Assembly (NCBI GenBank): GCA_964658305.1
Contig: OZ210885.1
Coordinates: 9,238,001-9,302,000, forward strand
Direction of reading: 5' to 3'
DNA length: 64,000 nt
Source: Leptogorgia sarmentosa
Taxonomy: Eukaryota
The notes under the pieces: model-generated
The model's database searches: none
What the model was told of the DNA's origin: nothing
What the model saw: only the letters and a program-made list of their open reading frames with translations
Shown: positions 14,015-27,300 of the stretch, piece by piece
How positions within the stretch are numbered: the first letter of the stretch is position 1
Layout: each line of letters begins with the position of its first letter
Translations under genes and position numbers: made by a program

Positions 14015-15324
14015 AGTTTATTTCAAACAAAACCATTCTTGGCTTTGTGTTCCAACTTCAAACTATGCCTGGTGACAGCTACCTACAATCTTGCTTGGGG
14101 GGGGGGGGTTACATCATTTTTATCCAAGATTGTCTTAAGACTCAGATTTAATTTCTCTTACCATCAATTCATATAAATCAAATGTACATTATTCTCAAGC
14201 ACTTAGTAGTGATAATAACACATTATTATTTTATATTATGATTATGTATAACAACATATCATCAATGAATAAGCAAATGCAAATTGTTATCGAAAAAAGG
14301 GACAATTAAAGACTGAAGTGAAGTACTGATTTAGTTGCTATAAATAACTTAAATTGGAAGAATATGTGGTATATTACACTGTAGGTGTATTATCTATGCA
14401 TCAGTATTCTTACTGTATAAATCAAATTTTTGTCAACTAAAAAATAGTGTTATGGAGAGTATTGTTTGATATTACTGTAGGGGTTGCTACAACAATTGTA
14501 GCATGTTTTAAATATGATAAATATCTACGTCAAAAGATTTATTTATCACTGATAAATGTGTTATTATATTGTTAACCTATTGCATAATATATGCATGCAG
14601 CTTAAAGACTAATAAAAGTCCAAGAACAAAGAAAAATTTAATTTCCAGTGTAACTTACATGTTATAATTAAACCAATAACATAAAGCCATGTTACTAGTT
14701 TAACTCTTGCATGAAGGTCAATTACCCCAATTCGTATATTATTTTTGTTTTTCTTCCTTTTTTACATGTTATATTAGAAAATAACCCTAAAAATCATTTC
14801 TAATTTTTCATATAATAGCAAGATTATTAGTATTAAGGTCGTTGTTCATTGTTCAAAACGTTTATCAGTGGAAAAGGCATTACCCTATACTGAGCACATT
14901 GGATGGGGCATACTTTAATACAAATTGATATAGATGAATGTGTTGTGTGAATTGTCATATTTACGTTAACAAATCTGCGGGGAAATTCAGGAAATAACAT
15001 TCAGCTTTTTTGTTACTTCCACTGGAAACTGATGATGTTGTTTGTAGCGTTAAAATAGTCAAAGGAGGGTTCAATATTGGAGTTTGCTAAGGCGAAAAGT
15101 TAATTTCTATTGCTTTGCTCTCAAAAATGTTTACTCGGCGACCCACGCCCCTGCCCAAGTAGAGAGTACCTAGTGCACTATCATGTAATAAATAGACGAA
15201 GGGGGAATGCCTGCAGGAATCGCTTTCATGTAATTTTCTACGCTAGCTCTATTTTCATGTAATACATCACTCTACACCTCCAATAACCAAAGCTTCGATA
15301 CGTCCCGGTGTATAACCCCTATTA

Positions 15325-15658
15325 TAGTATACACCCAACCATCGTCTATTACAAATGCTACATTCTGATTGGCTACTCAGCCGTCGTCTATTCTGTGATA
15401 GACCACGGTTCGCGAAAAAGCAAAGGAAAACAATATGGCTACTGCCGAAAACTCGCGTTTTCCTGAGGTTTCTGAAGAATTTTCTTGATACAAATAATTC
15501 TGGGTGTATACTAGAAACATGCGAGTTATTATACATTTAGTGTATACTAAAACAATTAGACAACTCGGCCTCGTTGTCTATCAGCGAATAGTCAACTCGG
15601 ACTTCGTCCTCGTTGACTATTCGCTCATAGACAACTTAACCTCGTTGTCTAATTGTTA
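15325..15658. mobile_element. Non-autonomous repeat with a terminal GA-mismatch hairpin; inverted copy at about 43382-43648
   Basis: Shared sequence (spurious ORF peptide LFCDRPRFAKKQRKTIWLL in both copies) and the AACAATTAGACAAC...GTTGTCTAATTGTT palindrome. Confidence 0.75.
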
Positions 15659-15912
15659 AATAGACAGCTTTAACAAACACAACGCGACTTCAAAGAGGAC
15701 GTGGAAATGGCGTGAGCACAACCATAAATGGCTGATTAGTAAAACTAAATACAACAGTATTAGAAGTTCGCTGATGTTTAGATAAAAAAACGGTAAAAAG
15801 TCTAGGTCTAGACGATTTGACGATTCCAGTCAAGACGAATTAGTGGGGGAAAAAACCCTTGCTCGAAACGTCGCAGCTGTTCGTTAAATTTAGTTGCTGA
15901 GTGTAATGATAT

Positions 15913-16215
15913 ATTTAACAATTAGATTACGAGCTCGAGATTTCTATGAGGTGATAGTTGATGAGGGCGAAGCCCGAATCATCTATCATCTCGTAGAAAT
16001 CGAGAGCGAGTAATCTAATTGTTTTAGTAGAATCAGAGATCAAACATGAAAATATTGCAAAAAATAATTTAAAACCGCGTCTCAGAAGACATTTTCTTGA
16101 ACGAAAATTCACATATTTTGCTACTCGCTATCTATCGAGGAATAGATAGCGAGTAGAGTAGCCAATCAAATTGCGGCATTTGCAATAGTATACGAGTATG
16201 ATTCTACTAATATCC
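15913..16215. mobile_element. Non-autonomous repeat with a GGC-GAA-GCC centred hairpin
   Basis: AAACAATTAGATTACGAGCTCGAG...GGGCGAAGCCC...TCGAGAGCGAGTAATCTAATTGTTT, followed by a GAGTAGCCAATCA module like that of the 15325 family. Confidence 0.65.
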
Positions 16216-16679
16216 ATTATAGTTATACAACTACACATGCTATACGAAAAATAAACTTCAGTGGCACTTCGTGCTCGTGTTCCCACTGAATTTCTCGTTT
16301 CTCCCAAACTAGCTTCCACGCTGTTTCTATAACTCTAAGATATATGGAAAAATTGCTTACTATTCCCTTTTTTAAATACACTTTTGAAAATAACAAAAAC
16401 AGTGTTGCGTTGTAGGGAAGGCATTTATATATTAATAGAGCTTTATTAACGACTTTTTAAACCACGATCAAACCACGAATTATATCTACAAGTTTTGCAC
16501 TTTGGACACATCGACTAAATAGAACATGTACAGCATACGTTTCCTTTCATTCGATAAAATTCTTTACAGAAGCTCATATAACTAGTAAAGGATACCCTCA
16601 TGCACCAAATATTTTTGTCAAGTCTTTTCTTGTACTTGTATGCAGCGAAGTCTAAGGTACGTCTATATTGTACGAATGT

Positions 16680-16820
16680 TCATTATGTGTGATGTACTCA
16701 GGTTCAGAATGTTATTGCGATATGTTACCATGAGTATATATCCACACCGGACAGGCTGAAAAATTGGCCTGGCCTCGGTGGGAATCGAACCCGCGACCTT
16801 TGTTTTGCTAGTCCATGCTA
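16680..16820 (-). mobile_element. tRNA-derived SINE fragment
   Basis: Minus strand reads GGTCGCGGGTTCGATTCCC (pol III B box) followed by a non-tRNA body; no acceptor stem. Confidence 0.55.
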
Positions 16821-18667
16821 TATAACGAATGAATTCAGCCGCACCGATATAAAGACACATGGAACTTACATTAGCTTTCTTTGTATTCGCATACATAAAA
16901 TATTTAAATGCGTTAGGTAGTTCAAACTGAAACGTTTTTACTCTTATTTTTCTCATTTCATGTAAAAAATTGTTTAACAATTAAAAACTTAGAAATTTAT
17001 CCCACCTCGATGGTTTCGTTAACAAGATTGAGTATTCCTCTTTAAAATAAAACCGTACGTGTGTTCCTGCAATATTTTTTCTGTCCGGACTCAACTATTA
17101 TGAACGCAGATGTATTCTCTGTTTCAATAGGGAGATTTATAATCGACAACTTTTGTTATAAATTAAACTACATAACTGTTTTGACATGACAATTAAAGTG
17201 TCAAAAACCAAATTTATTAATTCCACACACACACACACATAAGCACGTACGGAATTTTGTTTTGCGAAATTCAAGAAATAGTAGCTAATAGCCTAATATA
17301 AAACTGCTAATGAACAGATAGCCTTTTTAAAATGTTCCCCTTCAAAACCCCGAGTAATTTTAGTAAATTACGAAATAATAAACAATGTTAAAAAATAACA
17401 CCTACCAATGTTCGATCGTATTGTTCTTTATTTATACATGAACAGTCTTTGCATGCTTTTAATCATACATATAATTTCGAATGCCGCGCGCTCCGCTAGT
17501 TAGTGTAGAATTAATTTGGTAAAAGATATATAGCACGGGCAGAATATAATTTTAAAATTTTAATTAATGCTCAATATTAGTATTAGCAGAAATATGAAAT
17601 GAAAAACATTTGCCTTGGGGACTGTTTTCATAGTAAAAAAGCCTGTAATAGTAAAAAAAATGGAAGCGCACAAAAGCAGTTGCGTGCCATTATTGAGGCA
17701 AATATTGAATGTGTAAATATAAACAAAGGCAAGTAATATGCAGAAATTAACATACGCTCACAATATTTCAATAAAGAAACATCTATCTGGTGTAATAATT
17801 TTCTTTCCCCGAACATATAGGCAAAATACGTACTGGGGCCGATGCTGCATATTTTGGCTTCAAATTTCCAGTTGTGAGTATACCCTTCCAGTTTTGTCTC
17901 ACTTTGGGATCACTTCGCGGCTTGGTTACCAAGCACTGATCCAATTCTGACTCTAAACAGAAAATATTGTCTTTTTTTTTTCTTTCTGTTTTTCTAATCC
18001 AGGCCCAATCAGTAATTCTGACCCTAACAGCAAAATGCTGAGAAAAAAAATCTTGAAAAAAAAACAAACAAAATGAGAAATAAACAAAATGACAAAAAGC
18101 CAAAAAGCCAACACGCGATAATCGGACCTCCGTCGTCCGGGCGTAAGTCAGGGGCGAGGCCGGGTAAACGGCAATTTACTCCCGAGCAAAGGACAAAACA
18201 AACTGTGGACAAGAAAGAGGGAACAGAATGATTTTTCAACGAGCAAATCAATTTTATCAATAATATATCATCATATATTTCTTAAAATACAATTTTTGTT
18301 CTTTCAGTTTACAATTTTTCGCAGAGGTTCACAACGCCCCGCTGCGAAAGCCGCATTATCCAATCGGATTGCTTCATTTTTACGAATAAAAATGATCATT
18401 ATCAGACACATCGCAACTTGTTTCAATTTGTTCAAACTGAACGGTTGTTAATAACGTCCGTAGGGACATGACGTTGATATGATAGTTAAGTTCAGACTGT
18501 TATATTAAAGATTCAACTACGATATATTGGAGCATTCCATGCAGCTAAAAATTTACTGTATGGAGAGACATACCAAAAATTTGAAAACAAATATATATAT
18601 ATATATATACTCTACTAAGGGCGCTTTCCATTACAGTCGCTTTGCCATCTCGTAAAAGTAAGTTGTA

Positions 18668-19880
18668 CTACTTCAGAAACTCTCTGCTGTCGGAGCCTCG
18701 CCTGCCGTGGTCCAGTGGTTCCGGAGTTACCTATCCGATCGGACACAGTTGGTACGCATTGACTCGGTGCTGTCAGATCCATTACCAATCACACACGGAG
18801 TCCCACAGGGAGCGATTCTTCCGCCGCTCCTTTTTTGTATTTACATAAACGACCTACCTGGCGCTCCCCAATTCAGTCAGCTCGAGTCATATGTTGACGA
18901 CTCCAAAGTTCTACTATCGTTTCCTGTAAATGACGTCAATAACGCCAAGACCAAGCTTGAAAAAGATCTACGAAATGTAGCCTTCTGGTGCTGTAAAAAC
19001 GACTTGTTGATAAACCCCGACAAAACGAAGTTCATGCTGATTGGGACCAGGCAAATGATGAGTAAACATTCAGTTGATTTTACTGTTTCTTTCATGGGAA
19101 AGTCTCTCACTACTGTCGAATCGGCAAAAGACCCGGGAGTCTATATTGATGCGCATTTGACTTATGACACCCATATCTCTCATCTGGTCTCCTCCTGTCT
19201 GTCAAAACTAGTGCAGATCAATCGTACCAAACATAGTTTTGATAGAGAGACCTTACTATTAATTATTACATCTCTGGTATTCAGCAAATTGCTTTATTGT
19301 TCAACAGTTTGGGCAAACACATACTAAAAACCTTCAAAAGCTTCAACTCATCCAAAACTTTGCCTGTAAAATCATCACAGGTGGCCGCAAATATGACCAT
19401 GTGACGCCCTTACTCAAAGAACTAAACTGGCTCCCAGTCAGTGAGACACTTAAGTTTAGAGATGCGATTATGGCCTACAAATGTTTTAATAACTTAGCAC
19501 CTGATTATCTATGCTTTAAGTTAAAAAAAACGATCTTGTATTCACAATCGTAAAACTCGCAATAATGATAACTTGCAAATTCCTCTGTTTAAATAAGCAA
19601 GTGGCCAGAGAACCTTCTCTTATAGAGCGGTCTCTCTGTGGAACAGGCTCGATGTAGATTTAAAAAACTCTGCATCCGTGAAAGCTTTTAAAAAGCTTTA
19701 CTTGCAAAGACTCTTACAAGAATGAATGACTGTAGTATACTTGCATATGTTTTAGTAAATGGTTTATTGATAGAATTTAGAAACCTTATTTTATTTATAT
19801 TCATATATTAGTTTGTAATTTTGTAAATAGTTACTGAAAAGCCTTTATACGAGTAATTATTAAAGTATTACTTACTTATT
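18668..19880 (+). mobile_element. 5'-truncated, decayed non-LTR retrotransposon (CR1/L2-group reverse transcriptase)
   Basis: WFRSYLSDRTQ, GVPQGAIL and YVDD RT motifs; frameshift near 19325 before KLQLIQNFACKII...LNWLPV; short 3' UTR ending in TTAC-type repeats. Confidence 0.9.
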
Positions 19881-20071
19881 AATGTTGTACAGCGCGCACG
19901 CCAAGAAAGTTGAATAAAGCTCACTACAGCTTGTAAGCGTGTCCCCGCGGGCAAAATCAGACAAGGAATGCTAATATTCAACACCCTTAACGAAAAGTAA
20001 AACATGTTCGCTAAGCTCGCGCGGGCAAAGCGACATGAAGACATGAGACTGACCGGAAAGGTCATAGATTG

Positions 20072-22810
20072 TCAGGGAACTATCACGTATTCAAGTTCTT
20101 CACTACTTCCAGTTCCATTGCTAGTCATGTTTGGCGTAGAATGCTGTTGAAAATCTTTGTCTGGTTGTGCATGATGTTTCTCAACAGTCAAACTTTGATC
20201 ATTTGCAGCAATAGGAACTCTCTTTGATTTGTCAGGTTGTGCGTACGGCGATGGTTCTTCGTATCCACTTTGGGAATCTGGTATTTGCAGTAGATCTATA
20301 CGTGGTGATAAGACGTCGTCATAACCAGTATTTTCATTATTCTCAATATTTCTCTGGTTTGTTCCGACTGTTTTTCTTTTGAAGAGGATACACACTGTGG
20401 AAATAACTACTGCCACTACAACCACAGCCGCGACTACGATTCCAATGATGATGCCGATGTTGATCGATGAACTTGGTTTAACTGTATATGAAATATATTG
20501 AATTATTCTCTGGATCAAGTAGCTACTCTTGTTTCTCAGCTAACATCGCTTGATTTTGCATATTATAAAAATAGGGGCCTGTTGAGTGTTTCTGTTGCCG
20601 ATTTAGAGGAACTTTATTGAAAGTGATGGAACACGTGTAACATTCAATTGAAGCGATTAAAATTGGCAATTACAGAAAGAACGGTTAAGCTGCAGCCACT
20701 GTTGAATATCGTTAATTGGAATCGATTGTTTTTATGATCTGTGAACACTGGAATTGCAATCTAAAACTGTGTTTCGTAACTTGTGTTCTATAACGGCGAA
20801 AAGAATGTCAATTGAAAAACAGAACTATAAAGTGTGTTTTTGTGTATTCCGTAACATGGTATGCATTTCGTGTTAAATGATCCACTTTCCGACATGCGAG
20901 ATTCTACCTATCATTAGTTCAAGAATTATACAGGGTGTATGAAAATATCCCCTAAACTAACGAACGCACGAAATTTGTAAAAACGTTCAGGTAACCTTAG
21001 CACTCTCTGGTTCATCTATCACTGAGTTATTTGAAAATCTACCTTTTTTAGAGTAGGAAATTTGATGGTGGAATTGGAAAGCTCTTTAAAAATGACTTGC
21101 GCACAAATTACTGAGTATTTCTTAGCAGTGTCGCATAATTGGCGTTCTCTGTGGTCGTTGGAGCATTCTGGCCCGGGGACTCTTTCATCATGTCTCTACC
21201 ATTGTGTGACACCCGTTAAACAAAGACCTCAACAGGTAGTACCCGATATTTCTCAATTGAGAACATGGGTAATGCCCACGCTGGACTATCGTCTAAGTAG
21301 CCTGGCCTGGTAAATTATGAACAGTGATTGCCCGGGTCTATAATCATATGCATTTAGTCAGGCCAGAGTGGTGAGCAGCGAGCTCGATTTAGCTCAAGTG
21401 GTAAAGCACGCGGTGCGTGCGTTGCAGTTCTATAGTTCAAGCCCCAGTTCGACACATTTTTTCAGCGTTAGTGATGAAAACTTTTTTTTCCTCAATATTT
21501 TTCTGACCGTAATGGTCAGAGTTAGGATTCTAGGGTTTTGGTTTTGGATTAGTATATAGAAAAATGGTTTATATCTAACACTACTATAACTATATCAAGA
21601 GTAATACTGAAACGCCGACCAGCAATCTCAGGCGATAGTCTAGCGTGGGCATTACCCGTGTTCTCAATTGAGAAATATTGGGTACTACCCGTGAGGTCTT
21701 TGTTCAACGGCTGTGTATGACGTCCCCGTATTGAATCGTCAAAAACGCTTGGTATCTTCAAGGTTGTATCGACGCATCCGGACATGCAGGAGGCCATCAT
21801 ATTTACATTGGCATCATACTACATGCAATCACATTGTATTTCCAGATTTTTTTTAAACAAAACTTACCAACACAGGAGCCTTTACCATCTCCAAATAATC
21901 CTGGATTGCACGTGCACGTATATGATCCAATGTTGTTATCGCAAGTGGCATTCTGGTGACAAATAGATGTATTTTCACATTCGTCGATATCTAAACAAAC
22001 ATCGCTAACGCAATGTTAACGCCAACTAAAATACAGTAGTCTGGGATATCGGGCTACAAGGCCATGTTCTGCGAGGTTCTGGACCACAAAGTCAAACTCG
22101 TACTGAACTCATGGCAAGAACTTAAAATTTTGCTACATACTGCAGCATCAACGAGAGAATTTGAGATTTCAATACGACATCATTCAATGCGACTGTTTGG
22201 TTACTTTTAGAAAACGTCTGAGATGCTTGGGACCCAAAAAGAAAGAGCAATGCTTACAGCGAAGATCACATACGAGCTCTACTGAAGAAATCTAATGTCC
22301 AGGACTATCTACCTACAGGGGTATTTGACATGCTTTGCGTCTACGACATGGAATGCATGTCAGACATCATTGTTTTGTTCAGTTGATCAGTGAAAGTAAT
22401 TGCGATGGCGTTAAGTTCAGAAAAACTAGACGTCTGCATAGAAGGCCGTATTGAAGTAAGGGAGCTAATGTGTGCTGGCACTTATATGGTAGGATTATGT
22501 TGCTAATTTTCCCGAATAATATAACAATTTGTAGTTGTACTTAATGTACGTTTCCACTATATTTTAGTCATCACAGAATAGATTATTTACCCAGATCATT
22601 AAAGTACTCGGTGATTCCGCCATTGTCTGTATATTGCCTTGACATTTACAGCGATTTTTGTGAGCAGTATTTTGAAACAAAACTTACCAACACACGAATC
22701 TTTACCATCCCCAGATAAGCCCTGATTGCACGTGCATGTATATGATCCAAAGTTGTTATCACAAGTGGCATTCTGGTGACAGATAGATGTATTTTGACAT
22801 TCGTCGATAT
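20072..22810 (-). CDS. 3' exons of a type I membrane receptor with calcium-binding EGF repeats (exons 22810-22688, 21990-21868, 20481-20072)
   Basis: Two 123-bp phase-1 exons with AG/GT encode DIDECxNTSICHQNATCDNNxGSYTCTCNxGLxGDGKxSC; the last exon encodes a transmembrane helix (IGIIIGIVVAAVVVVAVVISTVCILF-KRK) and a Tyr-containing tail. 5' exons were not found. Confidence 0.85.
21213..21710. mobile_element. Intronic MITE-like element with about 90-bp inverted ends and an internal tRNA-like segment
   Basis: CCGTTAAACAAAGACCTC...CCCACGCTGGACTATCG vs CGATAGTCTAGCGTGGG...GAGGTCTTTGTTCAACGG; internal TAGCTCAAGTGGTAAAGCAC...GTTCAAGCC A/B-box-like segment. Confidence 0.6.
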
Positions 22811-24379
22811 CTAAACAAAGTTTTATAATTTGGAAATGACAACGCCCACTAAGTATTTGTCCGCATGCTAAATATATACGACTATAGCGTATTTTCTTAA
22901 ACATACACTTCGACTTTTGGCTTTTCCCGCAAAATCCATCACCATATCTCGAAAGTGCATTTTAGAATTAGTAAAAAGTGCATTGTTTCATTGCGAAATG
23001 TTGTTAAAATTAATGCGCAAAATATATTGTGCATGACAACAGGGGAATTTTTTCCATACATTTCCAATAATATAGGGGGAATTTTTTTACCACCTTTGAG
23101 CTGAAAATGGTGCAGATTTCCTCACATAATATCATTGTTGTCAATTTCCTGGACGGTGATTGGCTAAAAAGCTTCAACAACTGTGCAAATTAAACTTTAA
23201 TTTGCACAGTGTGCAAATTAAACTTAATTGCACGGTTTCGAGCCCGCGATACATTATAAAAACAAATATATAAACGCTTAAATCAACTTAAATCAACGCT
23301 TAAAGCTTGCATAACCATAAGACAAGGCAAAAGCACAGACAAGGTCTACTCATATTTATTGAAATATGCAATACGAGACATGACTCAGAATGATTTGGAA
23401 GTATTTGCAAAAATATTGTAGGTTTTAAAACTGAAAAGGTTAACCTAACATAATTTTTACATATCGCTCCTATGTAATGCACTGATATAATGACTGATTA
23501 TTAGTGTGAAATTTCATAATATGCGCTGAAATATTCTCACTGTTATGATGTGAGATATCTGCTGATTCACCTACAAGTATCAGTTGCCTTTGTTCGTGTA
23601 AATCCGGCACCGCAAGGTCTTGATCCTGATTCATAGATTCATAGATTTACTATACAAAGAGTTATAGTAAATGTACATACAGATAATGTTTCTGCCAGAC
23701 CAGGTCACTGAACTTGAGCAGCATACTATATTTTTACTATTTCGAAGTTACCATCTCAAGAAGGAACGAAGTGGGCTGTGTGCTAAGACACCCGCGAGAG
23801 TATTTAATGTGGAAATTGTAAGTTGGTTCGAATGATGAATTGGAATCACTGAGAAATGACTTTAAATTTGATAAATTTATATAATATGCACAACGCAGAC
23901 GTAAATCAGGGTTTAATCAGCTGCGATACAAAAATGCGGAACTTTATGGACTTATGAACCTCGAGGTAGGCTAAGTCGGACTAGAAGATTTAGCAGTTCC
24001 ACTTATAAATGAATAACGTGATTGATAGAGACGACATTGAATGAGTGGTTATTTTCCATCCCTAAGTGCAGCTATTGGAGTGAGCATTCATGTTGCCTTA
24101 AAGACGTTTTATGCGCTTCATGCAATGCAAAACATTTCGGTTGCTAGTTCGTTGTGTCAGTCTAGCACATTATAAACACAATTCGTATCAAATATCATTA
24201 TTTCATGTCATATGTGTCGCGGCTTCAAAGAAATGTTCCCAATGCGAATGTTCCATAACACCTACGGCCTCATTCTTTTGGACACCACTACATTTATTAC
24301 AATCACCAAATCATTTATTACATCGTTTTTCTGTTTTGCTTTATCTCACATCACTGAAAAGATCGTAGCTACAATAATA

Positions 24380-27300
24380 CTAGGTTACCCACAGGGTAGG
24401 AAATGCTGCCTTGGCGCAAGCTGTCGTCATCGAAAGTATTACAACTCAAAAATGATATCAATAAAAACAAATGGAATTATTATGAAAATTTTACAGAATG
24501 AGTTAGTTGGTGAAAGTTAAGTGTATATATTTATTATTGCAATATTGTAAGATCTAAACGGGAACAGTTGCGATAAAAACCGTATAAATATTACACTGTT
24601 CTTGTTTAGGTCTTTTTGCCTAACCGTTTTGTCGGTCTACTTGTATGAATCGACTTTAATAGGATTGAAATAGCTCTTTATAAACATAAAAATAGGTACA
24701 CAAAGTGTACATGTATCGGCGCCTATGTAGCTTGGTTACCAACGGTGATCAAATCTTATTTGTTTTCGGCTTTTCGATGCACGCACCTTATCTGTCCCTA
24801 ATACGCGATCTTGCATGTATAAAATGGTTTACTGCTGGCGAATAGCGCAAATACTAATTCCTTTTAAGACGTGAGGTTGTGGTGGTTAAAACGTGAGACG
24901 TATTCAATACTTGATATAAGCTTTCATGACTATCTCGCATTCCGGAATTCGCGCGATCATCTCAAATTGCGAAATTGACGACATGTGATATCGCATTTCA
25001 TGTTATTGCGTCTATTAAAATAGAGACAGCGCTTTGCGATAATGCGATTGTTTGTGAAAAATGTGGCTTTCTAAAAACCAAATTATCCTTTTCAAAACCA
25101 TATAATAATGATATATTTATATACAGTATATTCTGTCCATTCATGCAGCATTTGCCTAGTCGCTATGCGCGTAGGTTCAGAACAGAATACTTGAAACTAT
25201 ATATGATTTCGTTTGTTTTGTCTCGCGCTTAATAAACGCACAAACCCGTTTTATTACAAGCTACAGAATTTATTTTCCTGGGATTGAATGCTTCAACCAT
25301 TCTCTATGACGAAGCGTCAAAATATAGTAGATATTCCGTGATCACGATGACACCGCGGGCAGTCCAAACATGCATGTACAGAGTGTCAGTGCCAACACGC
25401 TAAAGTATCGTAGGGAAAATATACGCGCAATTGTGTGTTGTGTCAAGACATAAACCTTTTTCATAACCTTAAATATTCGCTGAGTTCAAGGTAATACAAT
25501 GCATAATTTGCGCGTCATGATATTTTTGCTTCGATGATTTAAATTCCATAGCAAACCTCTTTGATATCTTCAAAAGCAATCAGCAATGCGGTGCCAATGT
25601 ATAATTTGCGTCATGATTTTTTTGCGTATAAATTTCCCTAGTAAATAGTGTTGTAAAAACGTAAATGCTTAAAAATTAACACTTGCTGCGGCCATTATAT
25701 TTTCTTCTTATCTGGTTATTCATGCGAAATAAAATTCACGATCAAAGTGATCAAACGCATCACCACTCTTTAGCATTAGACATGTCACATCTTCATTTTG
25801 TAATATTTAGCCCGCAAGAACTTGTTTTGCCCTAGTGTTTTCCAGACACGCACAAACACACACACAACACGATAGCAATAATATCGACGAACTGTCATCG
25901 GTAACTTTGTGTTAAAACATGTGATCAGATTGGAATGGATTATAAAAAATATCCATGCGGCCGTGCCGGCCATTCGTATACTGTAGTCACTGTACGAAAC
26001 GGGACTGAAGAATTTACAGTTGAGCGAAGTCCTGCAAATGCGGGTCGAACACCCTAAATTTACTGGTACCGTCATGCAATGCGCCAATAGAAAATTTTGA
26101 TTTTGATCCACATGATAAAACTAGGTTACCCACAGGGTAGGAAATGCTGCCTTAGCGCAAGCTGTAGTCATCGAAAGTATTAGAACTGAAAAATGTTATC
26201 AATAAAAACAAATGGAATTATTATGAAAATTTTACAGAATGAGTTAGTTGGTGAAAGTTAAGTGTAATGTATATATTTATTATTGCAATATTGTAAGATC
26301 TATAACGGGAACAGTTGCGATAAAAACCGTATATACATTACACTGTTCCTGTTTTGGACTTTTTGCCTAACCGTTTTGTCGGCTTACTTGTATGAATCGA
26401 CTTTAATACGATTGAAGTGATATTAAAATCATCTCTGACAATAGACAATACGTAAATCTTTTGTAATAGCTCTTTATAAACATAAAAATAGGTACACAAA
26501 GTGTACATATATCTGCGCTTACCGGCTTGGTTACCAGCGGTGATCAAATCTTATTTATTTTCCGCTTTTCGATACACGCATCAAGACGCTAGGTTGTGCG
26601 TGGTTAAAACGTGAGACGTATTCAATACTTCATATAAGCTTTCATGACTATCTCGCACATCACAAATTGCGTAAGGAATTGAAACTTGACGACATATTGT
26701 GATATCGCATTTCATGTTATTGCGTCTTTAAAATAGAGACAACGCTTTGCGATATATAATGTGATTGTTTGTAAAAAATGTGGCTATCTAAAAACCAAAT
26801 TACCCTTTTCAAAACCATATAATAATGATATATTTATATACAGTATATTCTGTCCATTCATGTAGCATTTGCCTAGACACTATGCGCGTAGGTTCAAAAC
26901 AGAATACTTGAAACTATATATGATTTCGCTTGTTTTGTCTCGCGCAGTCGCGCTTAATAAACGCACAAACCCGTTTTATTACAAGCTACAAAATCTATTT
27001 TCCTGGGATTAAATGTTTCAACATTCTCTATGACGAAGCGTCAAAAAGTAGATATTCCGTGAGCACGATGACACCGCGGGCAGTCCAGTCAGTGCCGACA
27101 CGCTAAAGTATCGTAGGGAAAATATACACGCAATTGTGTCAAGATATAAACCTCTTTCATAACCTTAAATATTCGCTGTGTTCAACGTAAGACAATGCAT
27201 AATTTGCGTTATGATATTTTTGCTTCGATGATTTAAATTCCATAGCAAAAGTGTATTAGCCTTGAGCTTGGTTTTCCTGAAGGGAAACGGATACGAGTAA

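Noticed and set aside
21384..21455. tRNA gene candidate
   Set aside because: Only A/B-box-like motifs inside a repeat; no coherent anticodon or acceptor stems.
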